From IMG/VR virus record IMGVR_UViG_3300022555_000031, positions 1-64,000 of that record: 64,000 nucleotides of DNA; one strand, written 5' to 3'. The stretch's first letter is position 1, and each line of letters opens with the position of its first letter. The notes under the pieces were generated by a model, which was not told the DNA's origin, did not search any database, and worked only from the letters and a program-made list of their open reading frames with translations. This DNA comes from a virus (Duplodnaviria > Caudoviricetes). A program made the translations under genes and the position numbers. Of the stretch, positions 51,949-61,200 are shown piece after piece.

Positions 51949-54900
51949 ATGCCCACTAAAACGATACAGATAACACTGCTTGACAGTCTTGGGCCCACGA
52001 GGCAATCATCTTTTTGGTACGACGGGATAGTGGCGATTAGCACCAATTGCAAGGTGGTGGCTGAAGGGGAGCTGAGGGTGGTCTTTAAACCAGACAAGGC
52101 CTACATTGGTGTGTCTGCGGTGGAAAAGGCAATGGACTTGGGGTTGGACGACGACACTCTGCCGAATGCAATTGGGGCATTTGTATACAGCAATTGGTAC
52201 GAGGTTCAACCTGTCACAAATATAGCGAGAGATATTGTGCCCACGGAGTTGGACAATATTGTTGAGGGTGACGACATTGAGAGCATAAAGGAAGCGTTGA
52301 TTTTTTGGGAGAACGAGATTGCGGACCAAGAGGGGTATACTCCCGAGTTTGTTTTCAGGGGGTTTCAGGATGACAGAAATATTCTTTTAAGAGAAGGGGG
52401 AGCGACAATGCCCAGAATAGCCAAAGAGGGAATGGTTAGCCGAGTTGACCAGCGGTTCGACCGTGAGGCCGAGCTTATTGCACAAGGGACCACTATCACT
52501 ATCCAGGCTGATGGTGAACCAAAGATGCTCTCCGTCTCTCAGCGTAAAACCGACAATGGGTTTGAATATGAGGCTCATGACGTTTTAACCAACGAAAAGA
52601 TTAAGGTGGCGAGTGTAGAGCAGGTTAAGACGCTTTACGCTTTGCAATCTTTAATCGAGCAGTGTTTTGGTTTAGGGAAAGAAAGTGCTAAGGTAGCGGA
52701 CCTTGCACAGCAGGCCCTTCTCAACCTATACGGCCTGCCTGAGTTCAAGGAAAAGTATAAACCCCTGCAGGCTGATAAGGTTGCCGAGACTGGATACGCC
52801 CACAACATCCTCTCACAGGTTTATTCCGATGCAGAGCTGGAGAAGATAATTGCATTAAGACACAACGTGGACAAGGACCTGGCACTGCTTAAAGAGATAG
52901 CGTTGTACCTGAGGAAAGAGGTTTACGCCCAGGTCGCTTATATGGCCACGAAGATGACCCAGCAACTTCACGACAGTGGTGTTGATGTGGATGAGGCCTG
53001 TAAGACGGTGATGGATGTGTATGGGGCCTTTGATAAGATGCTGGATGGCGATAACCCTATCGGGAATAAGCGGGTTGGTATCATAGAGTTTGGGGTCAGA
53101 CATTATTACGTTTCAGTGGATAGGAAAGCTGAATACGACGGCATCATAAAAAACCTGGAAGACAGTGCTCAGTTGGTAATACGGCTTGTTGAATCTGGCC
53201 TGGCGTATGATGAGATAGTCACTGAGCTGGAGAAGGCGAATGACGGGAAACCGCTACCGTCAAGTTCCCGTGCGATAGCGTTGCTGAACAACATTTTCCC
53301 TGAGAAAAAGTGGAGTCAGATGTTCAGGGGTGGTTTAGCGAACTACCAGTTTATTCGGACTGGGGAATCCATCGGGAGCATTTCCGAGGGAGACAAGATA
53401 GTTATCAAACATAAAGACCTTGACGTAATGAAAGGGGTCGTTAAGTGGATAGACGAAGAAGCAAATGTCGTCCGAGTTGAGACGGAATTCGTAGGAGCGG
53501 AAGACCGTGGCACCATGATGCACGACTTCAATTACTACGAGTTTATGAAGAAGGTAGACGAGAAAGAGATAGTGAAGACTGCCTGGGGCGAGGGGAAGCA
53601 TTATAAACTAACTTTGTCCCCAGTTGTTCCTGAAGGTTACGGTGATTTATTTGCCACCCAGGAGCAGAACGAAGAGCATTTTAGGTATACCACGATGCGG
53701 AGATACCTGGACGTAAATGACCTTGGGAGTGGCCCGAACTATGTTTATTTCTCAGAGAAGATACTCCCGAAGATAATGAGGGTACTTGAAAGGGATGTGG
53801 CAAAGGGCAATGTCGATTCAGACTCAGTCCTGCTTGAGCAAGTGGTTGGTGGTGGCAGTGAAGTCGCCGAGTCGTGGCATGGATGGGATGAAATCAAAGG
53901 CATGGGGAAGATTGCGATGATGAAAGAAGCAGACCTCCGCATGGCGTATTTTGTAAACCATATACCAGTTGGGGGGAAGTATCCCATCTGTGCGTGCATG
54001 GAGAACAGGCGTGGATACACTCAGCACATGACGAATTCTTACGATACACTTGAAGAGGCAGAAGCGGAAGCCGATAGGCTTAATGAGGAGATGGGGATAT
54101 CCAAGAAGGACTCCATGACAATCGTGTTGCGTTCGATGGGGGCTGGGAATAGGCCCATTATAGATAAACCCGAAGCGAAATATACTGTAATAATCGATGA
54201 CACTGGTTTAAGGGATTCCGAGATGGAGATGCTTCACGAGTTCATAGGCGGACAATTCGGTGAAACTCCATACGGGACTATCGAGGGGCAGGTGTTTGAG
54301 GGTAAACTTGAGAGCTTAATTATGGCCCTTGAGAAGCTCGTGAAGGCCAAGAAGATTGGCAAGGATGTTATTCTTAATAGCGAGGAAGGCGAGTGGAAGG
54401 GTTTGCGTGAGATAAAGAAACGGTTCAAGGTCCAGACTACTCTCGAAAGAGAGGGGGCAGTGGGGTTGGGTAATGTGAGATTTATTATTGATTGGTGGGG
54501 CGACGACGAGGATAATGATATTGATTTAGCGGACTTGATAGACATGCTTGACAATGCCGAGGTTGAATATCCAGATGAAGAAGATATTGGGGAGTGTATG
54601 GTTGTTAGAGGTGAAATCATACCAGACGGGTCCAAGATTGGCGAGTTGCTCCACAAATTAGGTCTGTATGAGGTAAGCGGGAAGGTCCAAAACGATGGCG
54701 TGACTGCAAAGTATAATGGAATGGGATACAATGGCCTGAGGACCATCAGGGAAGCTTACAAGAGTGGCAACCTTGAACCTCAGAACATTTTGGAGCGGGA
54801 AGGCAAGGTGGTAAGAACTGCATCCAGGCCAATTAAAAGGGACTGGGCGGTTAGCATGGTAAGGGGCAGGGACCTTGTGGGTGTATATTTCGCCGATACT

Positions 54901-57108
54901 GATGGGTGTGATACGTTGGTTGAATGCCACCCTAATCTGGCGGACAAGATAATTGAAAGATGGAATAACGGGGATTATGATGAGGCGGACGCCAAGACCA
55001 TATTGCAACAGTGGGTGTCCAAGAAAGTTGTCAATCCGCTTAATAGGATTGGTGGCAAGATTCAAGTAATGGTAAGGAAGGCTGGCTGGGTAACTGGCGA
55101 GCCTGCAGAGGTTGTCGTAGAGACTGCCTTCGCACTCTGGCTTGAGTCAGACGAAATCCGAGACATCGTTGCCGATATCGTTAAGATTAACCCTGGATTA
55201 AAAGAACAAGAGAGCAGGGATGACCTTGAACGCCAGGTGTTCGACCGCATAGAAAATATGCTCCACGAGGAAGCCAGTAAGAAGCTGAGTGGAGTAAGGG
55301 AGATAGGGACCGACTACGATTTCGATATCAACAAACAGGAAGTAGGATACATTATAAACGAGGTAGTTAACACTCCGCCAGAAGGTGAAGAGCCGAAGAC
55401 AGTAGTTGAAGCCAGTGGCAAGAGGTCGTGTAAGTATTACGAGACCTGCGGTAGCCCAGCGAACTGCCAGGCGTGTAAGGGTGGGTATGTGAAGAAAGAA
55501 AAGAGGGCGGAGTTTGGTGCTTATTATTCCGTTTGGGATAACCAATGTAACACTTGGCTGGCAACTGGCAGTAATAGTGATACTCGTGAAGAGGCGATAC
55601 GTGATGCTTTTGAGTATATAGTCAGTGGCAGTGATGACTATAATGAGGCTGATTATGCGGGTTTTACATTGGAGGACATGGAAAACGAATTGAGTGCCTA
55701 TGAATACGAGGTAAAACGGCACGTCGGACGGATAAAGGATAATGCGTTGGGGCTTGCGGGAGAGGAGGAGTTTGGTGGTAGGGCGACAAAAGAAGTCCAA
55801 TTGGATGCCGAGAATATTCTGCTGAGGGAATCATCTTTAAGCAAAGAATCCAGGAGCAATTACGATGTTATAGAGGCGTTCATTGCCAACAACTTTCCAG
55901 AAAAAGACGGGTGGGGAACGAGACATTTGTATGTTATGCAAGAGAGGGGTGGTTGGGCGTTGGTCAACAACTATTCAACCCCGATAGTTTTTAGGAGGGA
56001 TTCTGACGGTAGGATGTTTTTTAATACTGATAAATATTCTGTAACTACGAGCAAAATACAAACTTTTATCCGCAGGGAGTTGGAGCAGGCAGGGGCTACT
56101 GCGGATTTGGTTGACGAGGAAGGCATTAAGATGGCAATAAGTGGTGAGATAGACCCCGCCAATATTCTACTGAGGGAAGGCGGGGGGAATAGGCATATTG
56201 GCTGTGACTGTATAGCGTGCAGGCTTGGGTTGAATGCTAAAGCTAAAACGGCTGGAGAGAAAGAGGAAGCGATTACAACTACACTTGACCAGCTTGGCCC
56301 TGGTGATAAGTTTGCGTTTGTAACGGAGCCAGAGAAAGTATTTGTCTTGATAAGCAAGGACGACACGGTTGGATATTTGGTGCAAAGAGAAGGTGGCACC
56401 AAGAGAATACCGCTTGACCCTGGGGTTGGGAAGAAGCAGGTATTTTGGTGGGGTGGGAAGGATGAAAGTGCTTCCCCAATGGCCGAGGGTGGAATGGGCG
56501 AAGGCGAAGCCCAGCAGGCGGAGAATGTCCAGGAGTCTGCTCCTGAGCCAGAGAAGGAAGAGGCCAAGAAGCCAGAGGCAGTTACAACCATACTAAAGAA
56601 ACTTAATAACGGCGACAGATTTGCGTTCGTCAAAGACCCTAAAAAGATTTTTGTCTTTATGTCTGGCGAGGAAGGTGTTGGATGGATAGTGAATAGTGGT
56701 GGGCCCAACACCCTTCTTAAATCTGAAGTCGGAGATGAGCAGGTGTTTTTGTGGACTGGCGAGGAAACAGCTCCCAGTGGTGGGGCCAAGCAAGAACAGC
56801 CAACCCAAAAGAAAGAAGAGCCAGTTGAAGAAGAGGGATGGCAGACCGTTGGAGACATGGAGATAGGGGATAGTTTTATTGAACAGGGTGGTAAAACCAG
56901 GATGACGATGATAGGTATTTACCCCCAGTATGATTTTTATTTCTGGGTAGATGCAGATAACCAACCGCATGTGAGCGAGATTCCAAGGGTGAAAGACATA
57001 AAAGTTAAAAAGATAGGGGCTTATAAGGTTGAGCGGGCGAAGGAGCTCGCTAAGATTCACAAGGACTATTTACAGGCATTGGTCCAAGAGAAGTTGGGCA
57101 GACAATAA
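51949..57108 (+). CDS. large modular protein with 4 NILLRE(G/S) tags + 1 degenerate (start revised from 51877)
   Basis: Tags at 52378, 54784, 55813, 56161 (TTLEREG at 54436); three C-terminal GD.F beta-barrel-like repeats. Confidence 0.85.
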   Translation: MPTKTIQITLLDSLGPTRQSSFWYDGIVAISTNCKVVAEGELRVVFKPDKAYIGVSAVEKAMDLGLDDDTLPNAIGAFVYSNWYEVQPVTNIARDIVPTELDNIVEGDDIESIKEALIFWENEIADQEGYTPEFVFRGFQDDRNILLREGGATMPRIAKEGMVSRVDQRFDREAELIAQGTTITIQADGEPKMLSVSQRKTDNGFEYEAHDVLTNEKIKVASVEQVKTLYALQSLIEQCFGLGKESAKVADLAQQALLNLYGLPEFKEKYKPLQADKVAETGYAHNILSQVYSDAELEKIIALRHNVDKDLALLKEIALYLRKEVYAQVAYMATKMTQQLHDSGVDVDEACKTVMDVYGAFDKMLDGDNPIGNKRVGIIEFGVRHYYVSVDRKAEYDGIIKNLEDSAQLVIRLVESGLAYDEIVTELEKANDGKPLPSSSRAIALLNNIFPEKKWSQMFRGGLANYQFIRTGESIGSISEGDKIVIKHKDLDVMKGVVKWIDEEANVVRVETEFVGAEDRGTMMHDFNYYEFMKKVDEKEIVKTAWGEGKHYKLTLSPVVPEGYGDLFATQEQNEEHFRYTTMRRYLDVNDLGSGPNYVYFSEKILPKIMRVLERDVAKGNVDSDSVLLEQVVGGGSEVAESWHGWDEIKGMGKIAMMKEADLRMAYFVNHIPVGGKYPICACMENRRGYTQHMTNSYDTLEEAEAEADRLNEEMGISKKDSMTIVLRSMGAGNRPIIDKPEAKYTVIIDDTGLRDSEMEMLHEFIGGQFGETPYGTIEGQVFEGKLESLIMALEKLVKAKKIGKDVILNSEEGEWKGLREIKKRFKVQTTLEREGAVGLGNVRFIIDWWGDDEDNDIDLADLIDMLDNAEVEYPDEEDIGECMVVRGEIIPDGSKIGELLHKLGLYEVSGKVQNDGVTAKYNGMGYNGLRTIREAYKSGNLEPQNILEREGKVVRTASRPIKRDWAVSMVRGRDLVGVYFADTDGCDTLVECHPNLADKIIERWNNGDYDEADAKTILQQWVSKKVVNPLNRIGGKIQVMVRKAGWVTGEPAEVVVETAFALWLESDEIRDIVADIVKINPGLKEQESRDDLERQVFDRIENMLHEEASKKLSGVREIGTDYDFDINKQEVGYIINEVVNTPPEGEEPKTVVEASGKRSCKYYETCGSPANCQACKGGYVKKEKRAEFGAYYSVWDNQCNTWLATGSNSDTREEAIRDAFEYIVSGSDDYNEADYAGFTLEDMENELSAYEYEVKRHVGRIKDNALGLAGEEEFGGRATKEVQLDAENILLRESSLSKESRSNYDVIEAFIANNFPEKDGWGTRHLYVMQERGGWALVNNYSTPIVFRRDSDGRMFFNTDKYSVTTSKIQTFIRRELEQAGATADLVDEEGIKMAISGEIDPANILLREGGGNRHIGCDCIACRLGLNAKAKTAGEKEEAITTTLDQLGPGDKFAFVTEPEKVFVLISKDDTVGYLVQREGGTKRIPLDPGVGKKQVFWWGGKDESASPMAEGGMGEGEAQQAENVQESAPEPEKEEAKKPEAVTTILKKLNNGDRFAFVKDPKKIFVFMSGEEGVGWIVNSGGPNTLLKSEVGDEQVFLWTGEETAPSGGAKQEQPTQKKEEPVEEEGWQTVGDMEIGDSFIEQGGKTRMTMIGIYPQYDFYFWVDADNQPHVSEIPRVKDIKVKKIGAYKVERAKELAKIHKDYLQALVQEKLGRQ

Positions 57109-57141
57109 GATTATTTCCCTAACGGGAAGGAGGATTTCAAA

Positions 57142-57888
57142 ATGCTTATAAAGAATAATACGACAGACCAGATTCTCGTAATAAGGGATATGACCTCAAA
57201 CAGCCAATCCCAACTTGGCCTTACGCTTGCACCGCAGGCCCAGGTTGCTGTGAGTGACGTAGAGGCGGGGGAATCGAAAGACCTTAAAGTCTATGTTGAC
57301 GCAGGTCTTGTGGTAATACTCAGCCAATCCGAGACTGATGTGCTTGGAATAGCGACTGATGCCCAGGCGGTAATTGATGTGACGGCGGGAGTATCTGCTC
57401 ATGCGACACTTGCGACAGGGATACACGGTGTCGGTGCTTCTACGGTTGAGTCGGTGTCAGGTTCGGCGGGCAAGGTTTCAACGCATGCGGGGCTTACGAC
57501 TGGCGTTCACGGGGTAGGTGCTGGGACGATAGCGAAGGTTGCGGACATAGCGTCCGACACTAACCTCTCGGCCAACGCACAAGATGCGGTAAGCAAGAGG
57601 CATGACGGCACACTTCAGGTTGCCAAGGCTGACCTTGCGAGCGGGCGGGCCACGGTAACGGCAGTTGGCGGAGTAAGTTCCGCAATCGCTCTGACTGGCT
57701 GGGGAACGACCTATAAAGTCGTTGCGAGCATCGTAAGCGGGCCAGCGACGGCGGTAGTTGCTATCGTTACACAGTCTTCGGCTTCGTTCACGATAACCAT
57801 CGCAACTGATGCGACTGGTGCGACACCAGTTGACTGCTCTTCGGTCAACGCTATCGTTAACTGGATAGCAATCAAGGACACACTATAA
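57142..57888 (+). CDS. probable virion structural protein
   Basis: Ala/Thr/Val-rich; repeated HA.L.TG.HGVGA.T; SD GGAGG. Confidence 0.7.
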   Translation: MLIKNNTTDQILVIRDMTSNSQSQLGLTLAPQAQVAVSDVEAGESKDLKVYVDAGLVVILSQSETDVLGIATDAQAVIDVTAGVSAHATLATGIHGVGASTVESVSGSAGKVSTHAGLTTGVHGVGAGTIAKVADIASDTNLSANAQDAVSKRHDGTLQVAKADLASGRATVTAVGGVSSAIALTGWGTTYKVVASIVSGPATAVVAIVTQSSASFTITIATDATGATPVDCSSVNAIVNWIAIKDTL

Positions 57889-57923
57889 TTCATTAACAAA
57901 TTCCATATAAGGAGGGTAAAAAT

Positions 57924-58148
57924 ATGGCAATAGTAAAGGAACAACTGCAACCTGCATATATTGAGGTTCAGAGGAAACTTGACGATGCGGGCACTTTCAA
58001 CCACGCTTCTTTCCTGGTGAAAGACCAGCAATCAGCCACGTTTCTCGTTCCGCCTGTCGTAAGATTTATACCGAGTGCTCCGAGCAATTTCGGGTATAAA
58101 TATGCGGGCGTGAACGTAGTCTCTGCACCGCTTTGCAACGTCCAGTAA
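57924..58148 (+). CDS. small probable structural protein
   Basis: 74 aa, SD AAGGAGG. Confidence 0.7.
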   Translation: MAIVKEQLQPAYIEVQRKLDDAGTFNHASFLVKDQQSATFLVPPVVRFIPSAPSNFGYKYAGVNVVSAPLCNVQ

Positions 58149-58158
58149 TCATTTGATA

Positions 58159-58184
58159 TCTGGGGGAGGACACCCTCCCCCAGA
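58159..58184 (+). terminator. perfect 11-bp hairpin (possible terminator or processing site)
   Basis: TCTGGGGGAGG-ACAC-CCTCCCCCAGA; no U tract. Confidence 0.6.
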
Positions 58185-58201
58185 CATACTACAGGAGACG
58201 A

Positions 58202-61200
58202 ATGTCTATACTGCTGAACTTACATACAGCCGAGGAGCAACTTAAACTTTTTGACGACTCACCTGGTAAAGGGGAAGTTAAAAAGGAAGAGAAGCCCCAG
58301 GGTCGAGTAGGCTTTAGAGCAGACTGGCAGAGTATTTGGGACGAGCAGGACGACGCAATGTATTCCGAATACTTCGACTGGCATTCAACCTTACCAGCTT
58401 GGCTCTCCAAGCAGTGGATAAGGCGTTTTGTTATTAAGGAAGACGGAGAGCAGTATCCTATACAGATGCTTGAACGTATGAGCGATAAACAGTTGAGCGG
58501 TATGTTCAAACGTTACTATGGGGATGCGTTGAAGGGTCAGGTCCATACGGCAAAGAGAGAAGACAGTCTCGAGCCGACTCTTGGCGGGGACCTGGGGTCT
58601 GAGCAGGGTATTCCGCTTGTTAATTTTCATTCAGAGGAGGATGCGGAGAGGTTCTTAAATGCGACCAAGGGGCTCAAGTTAAACTTTCATTGGGAAAGAC
58701 AGGGCCAGGTTGTTGTATTAAACGACCCAAGGTTTGGAAGCACAGAGGTTAAGTCTTATGTAAAAGGATTCATAGACCCCAACGAAGAAACTTCATACCT
58801 TGCTGGCCAGGATATGCAGATGATGGCTGAAGCTGTGGGGAAAGTAGAGAAGACGGCCAATCAAAAAATGACCAGTAGCAGTGCCTTTATTATGCCCAAT
58901 GGAAGATTACAGCCAGTGTGGTCGCATGAAGGTTGGCTTGCTGAGCAACACAGAGAGTTAACCGAGATGCTGGACGCTGGATGGATACGGATATCCACGA
59001 TGTCTCCACAGGAAGTTGGCTTGGAGTTCAGCGTATTAGATGATGATTCTGCTGAAAGAATAGAGAAGTTCTTGAAGGTAAATTCATTCACTGTCGTAAC
59101 AGTAGATTGCATGGACGGTGTCAAGCAGTTAAAGATAAAAGATATTCTTCGGGACGGGTTCTGGACTGCCTTCAGGAAGGCTGAAGAGGGCTTTTCGTAT
59201 ACAGACGAGTCCCTTCGCTATAAGCCTTACCAGCCCCAAGAGGGTGTCGGCACGGACAGAATCCTTCCCCCGTTTGCCAGTAGACATACAAATATGACCA
59301 AGACTGCCCTGTTTGCGGGGAGTGGAGTAATCGACCCCAAGGGAAATTTCAAGACCGTTTTCACTCATGACAACTTCGCAGAAGAAATGGGCATGACTCC
59401 GCAGGAAGTTCTGAAGGCGGGATACGTTAGAATATCTGTTTACTCACTGAGACTTGTGGGCGTACAGTTCTGGGAAGAGACGCCAGAGATTTTGATGCGG
59501 ATAGACAACTTCCTTGTGGAGAATCCGTATCGGAAGGTGAGGGTGGAGGTCGCAAGTAAGGAAAATACTTACAAGGAACTTTCTATTGAAGACATCCTGG
59601 ACTTTGGCTTCGAAGGGGCCCTGCACGGGAAGGCTAAGGACAGGGAGTGGCTACCAGGTGCACGGAAAGAAACATTAACGAAGAAAGCTGACGGTATATT
59701 TGAATATGACCAGAACGCTATGGATGCGATGTCGGACGGCTCAAGGGGTCAGCAGACAAGAAGCATAGAGTATCTGCCACAGGACCAGAAGCAGTGGTGG
59801 CTGGAATACCTGGAGAAGGGCAAGAAGAACTTCCCAGGGAAAAAAGATACGGTCCCGCCAGAGAGTGAAGAGGGTGGCGTATCGGTGGCGGGTAAGAACG
59901 CCAAAGTAAAGACCGCAGGGATAAACTTCGTGGGCAACTATGTGTTTTATCCTGACGGCAGGTTTGAGTTTTATAAGGCACAAATAGATGAGCATGTAAC
60001 CTATCCAGAGAACTGGCTCGAGTGGGACGATAGAACGTTTGGCCAAATGATGAGGGATGGTGCAACTATAGGGACCTTGTGGGCCCGTATCGATTACGGG
60101 TGGGATAAAGAAAAGGACATCGACCTTGGTATCATCACCTATGACCTTGAGGTGAGGAACCATCGTGGAGATTTATCCGATGAGCAGGTTAAGAAAATCA
60201 TGGACGCCTTTGGTATAACGGCCAGACCAAGGACAAGAGACAGGGGTGGCGAAGAGATAGTAATGCCCAAGGACGAAGCAATAAACTTTATCAACGGCAG
60301 AATCAACATCCTTCTGCGTGAGGGAGCAAAGAAACCTAAAGGCCAGAGGGATGATGTTGGGGCGGAAGAGCAAATATTAGAATACATAGAAAACGCATCC
60401 CGCTTTGCGGACCAGGGTAATGCTGGTATGTTTGCGGGAGCACTCTATCAATTGATGGGTGGTGGCAAAATTTATGTCATTATGGATGAAGCTGGTGACG
60501 TTTATAATGTGGCATTCTTCTATGAGGATAAGTTTTACGACATGATGGGTATTGTGACCAAGGAAGAGCTACTGGACTCGTTCCAATATAATGGAGATGT
60601 TGATGAGAACGGCGTGGGCGTTAAGATGGATTTGGTGGAATGTAATTGGATGGATGCGGAATACGCCATGCCGTATGCTTCAGCGTATATGGACGAGATA
60701 ATCTCGGCCATGATGGGGCAGGAGAGTGTCGCAGAAGAGGACGACTGGCGGAAGTCTTATAATAAATACATGGGGGAATACAATAAGTGGCAAGGCGAGT
60801 ATCCCGAATACTCGTCAAAAGATTGGGCGAATTATAAGTATGAACCGCCTAAAGACGAGGAGATTACCCTGGAGTCTTTGTATCCAGATATCATGCAAGA
60901 CCTGGCTCCGATATTCCAGCAATACGGAGTTGGCCAGGATATTTTGAACGGGTTAAAAGTCATCAAGACCCATGTATATGCTCCGTTCTACGCTATCATG
61001 GAGAAGCAGACGATAACTTTGTATTCGCTGTTTTTCGGGCTCCAGGAGCCAATCCGTAAGGCGAAACTGCTTCACGAGATTGCCCATTATATCCAGGAGA
61101 AGACTGGGACTGATTGGGGCACAGAGGAAGAGATTAAACAGGCGATTCAATTGGAGACCGACTACAAGGAACGCAAGATAACACCCAAGGAATTCTTTGA

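Noticed and set aside
35169-60325. NILLREG as a DNA-level repeat (recombination site or repeated SD)
   Set aside because: Nearly every codon position varies synonymously among copies, so the primary constraint is the peptide; only a few neighbouring copies share DNA identity (reported separately).
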